A stretch of DNA of 64,000 nucleotides. It comes from Candidatus Kerfeldbacteria bacterium (GTDB lineage: Bacteria; Patescibacteriota; Patescibacteriia; UBA10025; JAHIVO01). A program made the translations under genes and the position numbers. The notes below the pieces were generated by a model, which was not told where the DNA came from, did no database searches, and saw only the letters and a list, made by a program, of their open reading frames with translations. Location: positions 15,154 through 79,153 of the forward strand of contig CP181398.1 in the NCBI GenBank assembly GCA_047946875.1, read 5' to 3'. Numbering within the stretch: position 1 is the first letter of the stretch; each line of letters starts with the position of its first letter. Below, piece after piece: positions 10,251 to 21,600 of the stretch.

Positions 10251-10388
10251 TTAGATACTTAACATTGAGATAACAAAAGCAACAGCTGTTACAATTCCAG
10301 CGAATATTGCAGTTCCTAAGGCTATTTTTGTTGAGGTGGCAACTTTTGTCTCTACTTCTGTGTTTACTTTAGTTTTATTGTCATTCAT
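10251..10388 (-). CDS. Small (45 aa) C-terminally anchored membrane protein between htpX and the upstream membrane protein. Not in the ORF track because of its size
   Basis: Hand-translated as MNDNKTKVNTEVETKVATSTKIALGTAIFAGIVTAVAFVISMLSI*. It fills an otherwise empty 180-bp gap in a compact operon. Confidence 0.3.
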   Translation of the reverse strand: MNDNKTKVNTEVETKVATSTKIALGTAIFAGIVTAVAFVISMLSI

Positions 10389-10414
10389 ATATTTATTATA
10401 TTAATATATTAATT

Positions 10415-11311
10415 TTAGCGCATTCCACGCAAAGCAGCAATCCTTTCTTCAATAGGTGGATGCGTTGAAAACATCTTTGCTATTCCTTTTTTAGCCTTAT
10501 TGCCAAAAGGATTGGATATATATAAATGAGCCGAAGCATTATTTGCTTTTCTCATAGGTTCAATATTTTGTTGGCTAATTTTTTCTAGTGCTTTTGCTAA
10601 ACCTTCTGGATATCTTGTCAAAAGGGCACCCGAGGCATCAGCTAAAAATTCTCTTTTTCTGGCAATAGTAAATTTAATAAGTTGTGCAATTAAAGGTGTA
10701 ATTATTAAAGTTATTAATATTATTACTAAATGTATTCTTCCAGACGAATTATTTCTAGAAGATACCCTTCCACCAAATAGATTCGAGCGAAAGGTCATGT
10801 TAGATAATAATACAATGAAACTAACCATAATAATTACCATTGTCATGAGACGGATATCATAATTTTTAATATGTGCTAATTCATGTGCTACTACACCTTC
10901 TAATTCTTCATTTTGAAGTTTTTCAATAGCTCCAGTTGTAATTGCTATAGAGGCATGTTCAGGATTTCTGCCAGTTGCAAATGCATTAATTGCTGGATCA
11001 TTAATAATATGAATTTTTGGTACAGGTAAACCAGCTGTAATACAGAGATTTTCTACTATATTATAAACATAGGAATTTTGATCTTTTGATATAGGTTTTG
11101 CACCAGCAGTCCATAATGCAATCACATCACCGCGGTAATAACCCCCAATTGACATAAAAACTGCTATGGCAGATATTATAAATAACCATAAGTATCCCAT
11201 TTTAGTGTATTGGGTTAATAACCATCCAATACCAATTATTACTAAAATAAAAACAAAAGTAAGAGCCATTGATTTTCTTTTGTTACTTGCTATTTGAGAA
11301 TATAAAGTCAT
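10415..11311 (-). CDS. htpX: Zinc metalloprotease HtpX (M48 family)
   Basis: HELAHIKNYD (HExxH) motif, N-terminal TM helices, 298 aa. Confidence 0.85.
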   Translation of the reverse strand: MTLYSQIASNKRKSMALTFVFILVIIGIGWLLTQYTKMGYLWLFIISAIAVFMSIGGYYRGDVIALWTAGAKPISKDQNSYVYNIVENLCITAGLPVPKIHIINDPAINAFATGRNPEHASIAITTGAIEKLQNEELEGVVAHELAHIKNYDIRLMTMVIIMVSFIVLLSNMTFRSNLFGGRVSSRNNSSGRIHLVIILITLIITPLIAQLIKFTIARKREFLADASGALLTRYPEGLAKALEKISQQNIEPMRKANNASAHLYISNPFGNKAKKGIAKMFSTHPPIEERIAALRGMR

Positions 11312-11378
11312 AGTTAATTAATTATAAAAGGCCAAGAATATTTGGCCTTTTAAATTTTTAATATTAATTGGATGCATC

Positions 11379-11936
11379 TTAAAACTGCACTTTGACAGGA
11401 TCTTTTGCAGCTTCTTCTTCAAGTTCAAAAAATTCATAAGCTTTGAAACCCATCATACTTACGAACATATTGTTCGGAAAAACTTGAATCTTTGTATTGA
11501 AGTCACGAACGTTGCCATTATAAAATCTTCTAGCTGCTTGAATTTTATTTTCTGTATCAGTTAATTCGTCTTGAAGTTTCATGAAATTTTGGTTTGCTTT
11601 TAAATCAGGATAATTTTCTGCTACTGCAAATAAACTTTTTAATGTACCTGATAACATATTTTCTGCTTTACCTTGTTCTTCTGTGCCTTGTGCGTTCATT
11701 GCATTAGCTCGTGCTTTAGTTACATTTTCAAAAAGTTCTCTTTCATGTTTTGCATAACCTTTTACTGTTTCCAATAAGTTTGGAATTAAATCATAACGAC
11801 GTTTCAATTGAACATCGATATCTGACCAAGCTTCGTCTGTTTGGTTTCTTAGTTTTATTAGACTGTTATAAACTCCAACTAGCCAGAATATAATTATTGC
11901 GGCTAAGGCGATTAGTATCCATACAAATGGTGACAT
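11379..11936 (-). CDS. lemA: LemA-family protein
   Basis: N-terminal TM helix plus conserved LemA core ([35 protein letters not shown]). LemA-HtpX is a conserved pairing. Confidence 0.8.
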   Translation of the reverse strand: MSPFVWILIALAAIIIFWLVGVYNSLIKLRNQTDEAWSDIDVQLKRRYDLIPNLLETVKGYAKHERELFENVTKARANAMNAQGTEEQGKAENMLSGTLKSLFAVAENYPDLKANQNFMKLQDELTDTENKIQAARRFYNGNVRDFNTKIQVFPNNMFVSMMGFKAYEFFELEEEAAKDPVKVQF

Positions 11937-11959
11937 ATATTTTTTATTAAATTATTAAA

Positions 11960-12472
11960 TTAAGGAGTGATTAATAAAGTAATAGTATCAGCAATTACTT
12001 CATTGTTTTGATTAATATTATTATTTGATTTAATTATTATCTCCTGACCAGTTGAGAGATTATTGTAGGTTATTAGAGACTTATTACTTTTTTCGGTTGT
12101 TGAGGGGGGGAGGGTGAGATCCCACATATTAATGATTGTATCATCATTTATTATAGCAGAGATTTTTTTTGATATAAATTTACCATCAAAGTCTTTTAAG
12201 GTAGCATCGATTGTAATGTTAGAATCCTTGATTTCTGATATCTTACCAGTCCAATTGTATATTTGTTGACCTAATATTTGAGGGTTTTCAGAATATGAAG
12301 GTACTTTTGAAATATCTACAATTGGTAGGGGTGTTTTATTGTCAGTAGACTGCTTTTTTCCAATGTTAAAACTAGCAATACCAATAACTATCAAAATTAA
12401 AGCAAATAGACTAAAATAGGCTATTTTTTTGTTTTTTGATTGAAAAGTATAAAATATATTATTTGTTGACAT
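11960..12472 (-). CDS. Hypothetical secreted or membrane-anchored protein
   Basis: 170 aa with an N-terminal signal anchor. Confidence 0.4.
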   Translation of the reverse strand: MSTNNIFYTFQSKNKKIAYFSLFALILIVIGIASFNIGKKQSTDNKTPLPIVDISKVPSYSENPQILGQQIYNWTGKISEIKDSNITIDATLKDFDGKFISKKISAIINDDTIINMWDLTLPPSTTEKSNKSLITYNNLSTGQEIIIKSNNNINQNNEVIADTITLLITP

Positions 12473-12627
12473 ATACCCTTAAAATATGTTACAATTATAT
12501 CACTATTTTTGTATTTAGACAAATTAATTATCATAGAATTGGGGTGTTCTGGAAATAGCAAATCTGTTAGAAATTGCTAAGGTTAGGTAAATATTGATTT
12601 AATTAAGTAAATTAATCATAAACTAAC

Positions 12628-15600
12628 GTGTTTTTAATAAGAAAAATGCTTAAAAGAAGTATGAAAGGGTCTATTGTTGGCCTTTTTTTAATTTTTTTAC
12701 TCTTAATTTCATTAATCATTACTGAAAATATTGCAAAAGCAGAGATTGATATTCCATCTGAGCAGCCACCAGGGAATAATACAGCAGGTTTTATCAATAT
12801 TAGTGATATTAATCAAGGTAAACAAGGTCCTTTAAGATTGGGAACGAATGATATAGCTTCGCCTTTTAATTATCAATTGGAGGTATTAGGTGGAGGAGCT
12901 GATGCATCTAATGCTACTATACAAAACGACTTACTTATCTCCGACACATTAACTGGAACTAAAAATACTTTAGAAGTGAATTCTACTGACAATAAAGTTT
13001 GTATAGGTGAATGTATGAATATTGAAAATTCTAAGTTGGAAGTAAATGATCAAGGAGTTGTTATTAATCATACATTTGATAACGTCACAGATTCGACTAA
13101 TGCATTACGTGTATATAGTGAAGAGGGAGAAGCAATTTTTGGAAGCGGTACGGAAGGTGGTATTTATAGTTTAAGTACAGGGGATAATAACTCTATTTTT
13201 GGACTCAATGCTGTTGGTACAGCAGTTGAAGGAAATAATGCTTTAGGTACATATAGTTCTATAGCAGGTTTTACTGACACAGGTATTGCAATATATGGAT
13301 TAAACTCAAATTTATTTGGTCTTTGGTCAGCATATTTTGATGGCAGAGTTGAAGTAAGCGGTGATATTAGTGGATCAAAATTTATCTCTACCAATGATCC
13401 AAATTCTCTTGTGCCATATACTTTTGGTCAAGTAGTAAATAGTTTTGACTTTGGCGATAGTGAAATTTTATATCATGATGGTACTTATATTTGGCTGGCT
13501 AGTAATGATCAAATATTAAAAATTAGAGCTAGTGATGGTTTACAGATTTTTGAAACTGTTAATGTAATTACCAATCCCACTTCTATGATATTGGATGGTG
13601 AATACTATTGGGTAGTATTTGATACGGGTGTAATAAAGTTGGATCCAGAAGATGGTAATATTTCATGTTCGATTGTGTTGGATGATCCAAGAAGTATTGC
13701 TTATACAGGAAATAGTTATTGGGTAACAGAGAATGGTACTGGGCAATTTATAAATATTGATAGTGACTGCATTCAGATAGGTAGTGCAGTAGATTTTATT
13801 AATTCTAGTAGTTATACATTAGGAAAGATTATTTTTAATGGAAATTATTTATGGGCTTTAGCCACAAATAATAGTACGCAGGATGGTTTATTAATAAATA
13901 TTAATCCATCCACTGGAGATGCAATTGGTTGGCCAGGATTTACAAATAGTAATCCAATAGATATTTATTACGATAATTATTACTATTGGGTTTTAAATAA
14001 TGATACTCAGGGCACATTAAATAGATTTTATTTGCAAGATAATAATAAAGTTTGTACTGATATTGCGCCAGATGGTAGCCCTTTTTCTTGTGATAGTGAT
14101 GATGATTGTCAAAATGCGACTTTAGGATATTGTAATTTTGCAGTCCCATCTAATTTTGGGTCATATTTACTATCCCAGGATTCTGAAAGAGTTGAGAATA
14201 ATCCAACAAATTTTATTTTTGATAAAAGGAATGTTTGGGTTAATAATAACTGGGTAAATAATGATAGTAGTGAGGGCTCAGAGATTATTAAATTTTCTAT
14301 GGTCGATCCTACTGAGTTCGCGGTAATTAGTTTAGATTCACAAACTAATAAAATCGCGTTTGATCAAACATATTTATGGGCATCTTCTACTCTAGATGAT
14401 TTATTAAAAATTTATTCAGGACAGGGTTATGGCAAAATTGATCTTACCGATACTCTAGCATTACAAAATAATAATAGCTTAAGTACACAGTCAGGAAGTT
14501 TTGATATTTCTGGATCAGTAAAGGTGGATACGAATGTTGACAGTGAAGGAAATTTGAATGCGATAAATAACGTTTGGGGTGAGATGCAGTCGGACGATTT
14601 CATATTATCATCCGAATGGATCGAGACAGGTGATTTAATTTCAAGCTCATCCTCAATATTATCAATAACTTATACTTCGGATGATTTTTTAGTAGTAGGT
14701 GATAAATATTTCGGCCACATTCACTGGTCAGATGACGATGGAGACACTTGGAATGATGCAGGTACATTTGGACAATGGATATGGGGTATTACGGAAGCAA
14801 ATGACGGCACACTTTATGCATCTAGTGGTGATGAAGATAATCTTATTGCCAAAGTATATAAATCAACTGATAACGGTGTGACTTGGGTAGAAACAACCAC
14901 ACCATTTCCTAGTGCTAGTAATCATGCTTATGATTCTATATCGGCCAATGTGGATGGTGTGTGGTATATGTTTTTTGGAGCTAATGATGGAAACGTTTAT
15001 CGAACTTCAGATGGAGGGGATAATTGGTATTCTTCTGCGGTACCTGGAGGTGGGAATGGGAATATCAGTACAATGTTAGCGAGTAGTGATGGTTATATTT
15101 ACGCAGCATCAAAATGGCATAATAATATTATAAGAACTATAGACGGTGGTGAAAATTGGGAGATAATGACAGCAGTGCCAGGTGTATTAGGAATTTATAG
15201 CATTATTGAAGGAAATGACGGAAGTATATTTGTAGGAACCGGAGAAGAAGGGTCGGGTATTTATGCTAATATTTTTAAGTCATCCAATGGAGCAGTAAGT
15301 TGGCAAAATGTACTAAATCTAACCAGTGATAATATTGGTGATGTTCAATCATTAATTAATGTAAATGGAATATTGTATGCTTCTGCTAGGGAGGATCCAA
15401 ATATTGTACATATTTATAGATCTATTGATAATGGTGTTGTCTGGTCTGAGTTAAGTGCTCCAGGAGTTTTTGATGAAATTTATGATATGACTTTTTCAGA
15501 TGATGGAACAGTATATTTGGGTGGTGCGGGGAATTTTCCTAAGCAAGTATATAAAAGTGGATCATTATCTGAGGGAGACCACAGTTGTCCGAATGGTCAT

Positions 15601-15666
15601 TTTATAAAAAATATTGAATTGAATAATTTAAATCAGGTTATAGCTATTGAGTGTAGTCCAATATAA
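12628..15666 (+). CDS. Giant surface protein 1: signal peptide, the N-terminal module shared with the next two genes, Vgb/NHL-like beta-propeller repeats, and C-terminal BNR/Asp-box repeats
   Basis: Signal peptide. Repeated D-G-x-Y-x-W-hydrophobic blades (DGTYIWLASND, DGEYYWVVFDTG, GNSYWVTENG, GNYLWALATNN). Asp-box repeats SxDxGxTW (DDGDTWND, DNGVTWVE, DGGDNWYS, DGGENWEI, NGAVSWQN, DNGVVWSE). Confidence 0.7.
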   Translation: MFLIRKMLKRSMKGSIVGLFLIFLLLISLIITENIAKAEIDIPSEQPPGNNTAGFINISDINQGKQGPLRLGTNDIASPFNYQLEVLGGGADASNATIQNDLLISDTLTGTKNTLEVNSTDNKVCIGECMNIENSKLEVNDQGVVINHTFDNVTDSTNALRVYSEEGEAIFGSGTEGGIYSLSTGDNNSIFGLNAVGTAVEGNNALGTYSSIAGFTDTGIAIYGLNSNLFGLWSAYFDGRVEVSGDISGSKFISTNDPNSLVPYTFGQVVNSFDFGDSEILYHDGTYIWLASNDQILKIRASDGLQIFETVNVITNPTSMILDGEYYWVVFDTGVIKLDPEDGNISCSIVLDDPRSIAYTGNSYWVTENGTGQFINIDSDCIQIGSAVDFINSSSYTLGKIIFNGNYLWALATNNSTQDGLLININPSTGDAIGWPGFTNSNPIDIYYDNYYYWVLNNDTQGTLNRFYLQDNNKVCTDIAPDGSPFSCDSDDDCQNATLGYCNFAVPSNFGSYLLSQDSERVENNPTNFIFDKRNVWVNNNWVNNDSSEGSEIIKFSMVDPTEFAVISLDSQTNKIAFDQTYLWASSTLDDLLKIYSGQGYGKIDLTDTLALQNNNSLSTQSGSFDISGSVKVDTNVDSEGNLNAINNVWGEMQSDDFILSSEWIETGDLISSSSSILSITYTSDDFLVVGDKYFGHIHWSDDDGDTWNDAGTFGQWIWGITEANDGTLYASSGDEDNLIAKVYKSTDNGVTWVETTTPFPSASNHAYDSISANVDGVWYMFFGANDGNVYRTSDGGDNWYSSAVPGGGNGNISTMLASSDGYIYAASKWHNNIIRTIDGGENWEIMTAVPGVLGIYSIIEGNDGSIFVGTGEEGSGIYANIFKSSNGAVSWQNVLNLTSDNIGDVQSLINVNGILYASAREDPNIVHIYRSIDNGVVWSELSAPGVFDEIYDMTFSDDGTVYLGGAGNFPKQVYKSGSLSEGDHSCPNGHFIKNIELNNLNQVIAIECSPI

Positions 15667-15671
15667 TATTT

Positions 15672-18600
15672 ATGGAGTTTCTTTTTTCAAAAATTAAAAA
15701 AATTAAAATTAAGTATATTTACTATACTTTTGTAATTGTTGTAATTGCTGTTATTGGTATAGAAAAAGTAAATGCTCAATGGGAAATCCCTACTAATTTA
15801 CCACCAGATAGTAATATTTTTGTACCACTAAATGTAGGGCCTTATAAGCAAGCTAAAGAAGGTGGACTATTACTTGATCCATTATTCAATCCTTATGGAG
15901 CTGAGCCAGATATTGATTACTCTCTGGAAGTGAGAGGTAGTCAAGATGCGTATATTAATAATTTTGAAATTATTCCAGGAGGTAAATTAATAGTTGATAC
16001 TGATACTTTGTATGTAGATGGAGAATTTGATCAAGTAGGCATAGGTACATCAACATTTGAATTATCATCAACATTAGAAGTGCATGGTGGGAGTGTAAAT
16101 ATTGGTCAAGAAGGAGTAGGAAACGGAGTAGCGGGAATTGGTTTAACAGTGAATTCAAATACTGAAAGAGAATTAATTATTGCAGATTCTAATAGTAATA
16201 CGGATCCAACAGTTTTTGGTCAAGGTATTATTGATAGTAACGGTAATGGAGTTTATGGATTGAATGTGGCAAATGGAGTGGGTATTTCTGCTATTAGTAA
16301 TGATGCTTCTGCTGTGGTCGGTACGGTTTCATCTGCGTATGATCCAACAGAGCCAATTGTTGTCGCAGGAATATATGGTAATGCAACTGGGCTTGGTGCA
16401 TGGGCGGGATATTTTCAACAAAGGTTATTTGGTACTGGAGAGATCGTAGCAAATAAATTCTTGCCAAATAGATTGCAAAGTTCTGAAGTACCATATACAA
16501 CTGGCTGGAAGAAGAGCGATATTACAGATAGTGAATTAATTGATGTCAATTATATGACATTTGATAGGCAGTATATTTGGGCTTTGGGAGGTTATTGGTC
16601 AAGTATTAATCCAGAACATGTACTTATAATTGATCCAGACAATATGGGGGTGGTTGATAAAATAATACTATCAAATAACGATCATTATTTAGTAGATATT
16701 ATAGATGGCGGTGGGTATATCTGGGTCGCTCACAATTATAACTATGGTAGTAATCATCAGGCAGCGGTTACTAGAATTGATCCAGCTGATGTGCATAATT
16801 TTCAAACAACATATATTTATCCTGATGCTGGTAGTTCTGGTAATAATGATTCAGAATCTGTAAAGTTATTATATGATGATGAAACACTAGATGGGCCTTA
16901 TATTTGGGTGTTGAATAAATTGAATTATGATCCAGTACATTCAATAACTCAATTGGATATGGATGGAAATGTTGTTGTTACCTTTTCTATTAGTGATTTA
17001 GCTAATGGTGGAAATAAATGCTCTAGATATAATAATTATCTATATAGTGACACTGATCATTGTGATGACCGATTAGATAATGATGATGACGGTATAATAG
17101 ATAATGGGTTGTGTGAATATAATGCTCTGACTACTCCCATAGTGACGGATTCGGCTACTTGTGGAATTGCTGGAGGCACTTGGGTAGAAGCTTGCACTGA
17201 TCGGATTTTTGATAATCAGATAGATTGTGAAGCCGGTTCTGCTGTCTGGGCTGAGACGTGTAGCAATAGTTCTTGTTCTGACTCTGATGAATGTACGTTG
17301 TGTGGCGGAGCTGGTGTTTGGGATTCTGTAGGAGAGGTTTGTCCTGCTGATTTGAATTGTAATACTCAAGTAACCTGCGAGGGTACAGTTACTTGTGATG
17401 GTATTTGGACGGCTGGAGATGATCAATGTTTGGCAGATACTCCATTAGGAGTTTGTGCACCAACGATTTCATTAACTACTTGGGGAGAATGTATTAATGC
17501 TGGTGAGACATGGACATGGAACACTGCCTCTGGACCAGCTAATATTGATGAAAGGATAGTAGATGCATATATAGGGGTACCAAGCGGATTAACACTGGAT
17601 GGTGATGGTAATGTCTGGGTAACATTCCGCGGATCACCTGATTGGGATTATAGAGATATATTTTCTGGTGAAGGTTATGCAAAATTTAATGCTTCAGATC
17701 CAGAGTTGGCAGTAGATCAGTATGTATATTGTTCAGGTCCAGAAACTAGTCCAAGTGGAATAGCTTACGATGAATTAAATGATCAAATGTGGATAACGTA
17801 TGATCCATCCACTATGCATGATAATAGAGGTTTATCTAAAGTGGATGTTAGTAATGGCCAAGTAACTGGATTTATATCTGATAATTTTGGAGCACAGATA
17901 AAATATTTTATGGGCTCGCCTAGTGGGCCATCAATATGGATAAATGGAGGAGGTTCTATTATAAAGATTGATCCAGATACTAACGTAGTTGAAAATACTC
18001 GATATATTTATGGACATGATTTTGATTTCGATGAACGTGATCCTGCTAATCCGCAAATTTTAAGGACTACGGGTGATAACGCTGTTATATTGAAACATAC
18101 TATGGAGGATCCATATACTACTTCTACTAATGTTATTCTGGGTGCAAGCTCTGAAAAACTATTATTTGATGGTACAAATATTTGGTCATCTAATTATGGC
18201 ACTAATACTTTGACTAAATATAGTGCTCAAGGGGCAGAAAAATTAGGAGTGTATGATGTGGGTGTAAGTACGGATCAAATGATATCTGATGGGCAAGCTA
18301 TTTGGGTGCCATTTGAGGAATATTGGACAACAAAATATAAACGAATTGATATATTAAATGGTAATGTTGATGAATATGAATTAGTCCCAGATCTTGGAAA
18401 TACACATCATACCCTTGATACCGTATTTGATGGTAAAAATATTTGGCAAAGTGTTTTTTCTGAAGATCGTGAATCGATGATAATTAAAGTAGATTTATCA
18501 AGTTGTGATTTAGCTACAAAACTATGTTCAGTAGGTTCAGTGTTTAATTATCCTGATACATTAGATGGGCCAGAAAAATTGATATTTGATGGAGAATTCA

Positions 18601-21600
18601 TTTGGGCTTTTAATCATCATGAGCCAAAAGTATATAAATTTTCTACAGATCCAATAACGATTGAGGCAGAAATAACAGTTTCTGATATTTTAAGTGCTCC
18701 ATATGTTGATCATCATTATAGTAGGATGAATGCGGTTGAATTTGATGGGACAGATATATGGGTTGGTGCTTATTATACAGATAGTGATGGAAATAGTATT
18801 TATAAATTCAATCCAGAAGGAATAAATAATGATGGCGATCATGGTATCTGCAGTAATGATAGCTCCATAAGTTGTAATTTAACATCAGATTGTGGTGGCA
18901 ATGCTTGTAATGTTGTAATAAATGGTAAATATTCTGTATTAAATATGCCAGGCGAATGTTCTGTCAGTGAGGATAGTTGTATTATGGATTCGGATTGTGG
19001 TGGTTCTGAGACTTGCGATGGTATGTGGACTGGAGTTACTTCCTTAACTTTCGATGGTATTAATATGTGGGCAACTCATGAAGGTTTTGGTGATCATGAT
19101 TCTACTGGAGATGAATGCAAAGATAAATTGGATAATGATGGTAATGGACAGTGTGATTATGATGGAGCAGTAGGCTATCCCGGATGTAGCGGTAAGCCCG
19201 ATCCAGGTTGTAGTGATCCTGATACAGATACTTTAGAAATAACAGGAAGAAATTCGCGATATGAAGGGTCGAATAAAGTATTAACGAGAATCGTTGTTGC
19301 AACTGGCGAAATTGTGGAGAGCGTATCTATTAATCCAATAAAATATAGTAGTACTTATGTATATGATGCTGCTTTTGACGGCCAAAATATTTGGTTGGGA
19401 GGATCTGGTTTTAATGGAAATACCTTGGTACAATTTTATTCTGGAAGTGGATTTAATGATACTGATTATATAAATAATTTAATACTTAGAAATAATATTC
19501 CATTGCTTTCTCAGTATCGACAGGCCGGTAGTTTTGCTATGGCAGGGTCAATGAATATTGGTAATAAATTAATAGTTAAGGGAGACTTAGTTGTCCAAAA
19601 TAATACTTGGGGAGGGGCAGCTGATAATGTGAAGGATTTTGGTGTGGGATGTGATGACGGAGAATTTATGAAGGGTATTGGATTTACAAATGCCGGCGTA
19701 TACACAAGTGAAGTTGATTCTGAAAAAGCTCATGATGTAGCACTTGATTCTACATATATGTATGCTGTTGGTTGGAATTATGATGCTGTGAAATCGTGGC
19801 GCATAGAAAAACGCCTGAAAGCAACTGGAGAATTGGATACTAATTTTGGTTATGACTGTTCATCGGGCTCCTGTAATTTCACGGGAGATGGTGTAATAAT
19901 AGGATACAGTTCAAGTGATATGGCTCAAGCAATTTCAATTGATTCTACATATATGTATGTGGTTGGTAGTAGAGCTTCCAGTAATTGGCGTATAGAAAAA
20001 CGCTTGCTTTCTACCGGAGAGCTTGATTCTGGTTTTGGAGCTGGTGGTGTAATTGAAGGAAATGTTGTTACTGATGATGCTAGGGGTATTTCAATTGATT
20101 CTACATATATGTATGTTGTTGGTGATACTGATGGTGGTGACTGGCGCATAGAAAAACGCCTGCTTTCTACTGGTGCTTTGGATACTAGTTTTGGTTATGA
20201 CTGCTCATCAGCCCCCTGCAATTTTACCGGTGACGGAATTATAACTGGAGATTCTGATAGTCTGTATGCAAGGGATATTGAGATTGATAGTGACTTTATG
20301 TATGTTGTTGGTTGGGATGATGATACGGATAATTATTTGCGTATAGAAAAACGCCTGCTTTCTACCGGAGAACTGGACGCCAGTTTTGGTTCCGGTGGGG
20401 TGATAAATGGGACAATTACCGAAAATCTTGGTTATAGTATTATTCTAGACTCTACATATATGTACATATCGGAATACTTTCCAGCAACTGGTTTGCGCAT
20501 AGAAAAACGCCTGCTTTCTACTGGTGCACTGTGTACGGAAGCTGAATGTGGTCAGGAATTTGGCATAGGCGGGGCAATTATTACATCTTCCTATCCTGGA
20601 CATGATATAGCGGTTGATTCTATGTACATGTATGTGTCAATGTCTTTAAATAATAACTGGCACATAGAAAAACGCCTGCTTTCTACTGGTGCTTTGGACA
20701 CTAGTTTTGGTTATGACTGCTCATCAGGTGTTTGTGCCTTTACTGGAGACGGGATAATATCTGGTTTTACTGAAAGTGATAGGGCTTATGGCATAAAGAT
20801 TGATTCTACATATATGTATGTAGTTGGCGACGATGATATAGGCTACGACTGGCGCATAGAAAAACGCCTGCTCACCACAGGCGCAGTGGCCGCTGAAATA
20901 GACGGTGCAGTGCCTACCGGCATATACACTAGCGATACTACATCCGCTCAGGCTTTTGATATAGCTGTTGATTCTACATATATGTATACAGTTGGTTATA
21001 ATGATGGTGATGACTGGCGCATAGAAAAACGCTTAATTTCTAATGGAATTCTTGATTCTGGATTTGGAACTAGTGGTGTGGTAACAGGGGCCGCTTCTTC
21101 TAGTTTTGCCTATGCTATTGAGATTGATTCTATATATATGTATGTATCAGGACATGATGGATCTAATAACTGGCGCATAGAAAAACGCCTACTTTCTACT
21201 GGAGAACTGGACGCCAGTTTTGGCTATGACTGCTCATCGGGTGTTTGTGCCTTTACTGGAAACGGGATAATATCTGGTTTTGCTGAAAGCAATAGAGCTT
21301 ATGGTATAGACATTGATTCTACGTATATGTATGTGGTTGGTGATACTGATGGAGACGACTGGCGCATAGAAAAACGCCTGCTTTCTACCGGAGAACTGGA
21401 CGCCAGTTTTGATACGGATGGAGTGGTAGCAGGAGATGCTGCTAGTTATCAAGCGTGGGATATTGAGATTGATACTAACTCTATGTATGTTATTGGTTGG
21501 GATGATGATGCAACAAATTATTTGCGCATAGAAAAACGCCTGCTTTCTACTGGTGCTTTGGACACAACCTTTGATACGGATGGAGTGGTAAATGGAACTA

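Noticed and set aside
12473-12627. Strand-switch region as a replication origin
   Set aside because: No dnaA gene and no recognisable DnaA-box cluster. It is treated simply as a divergent promoter region
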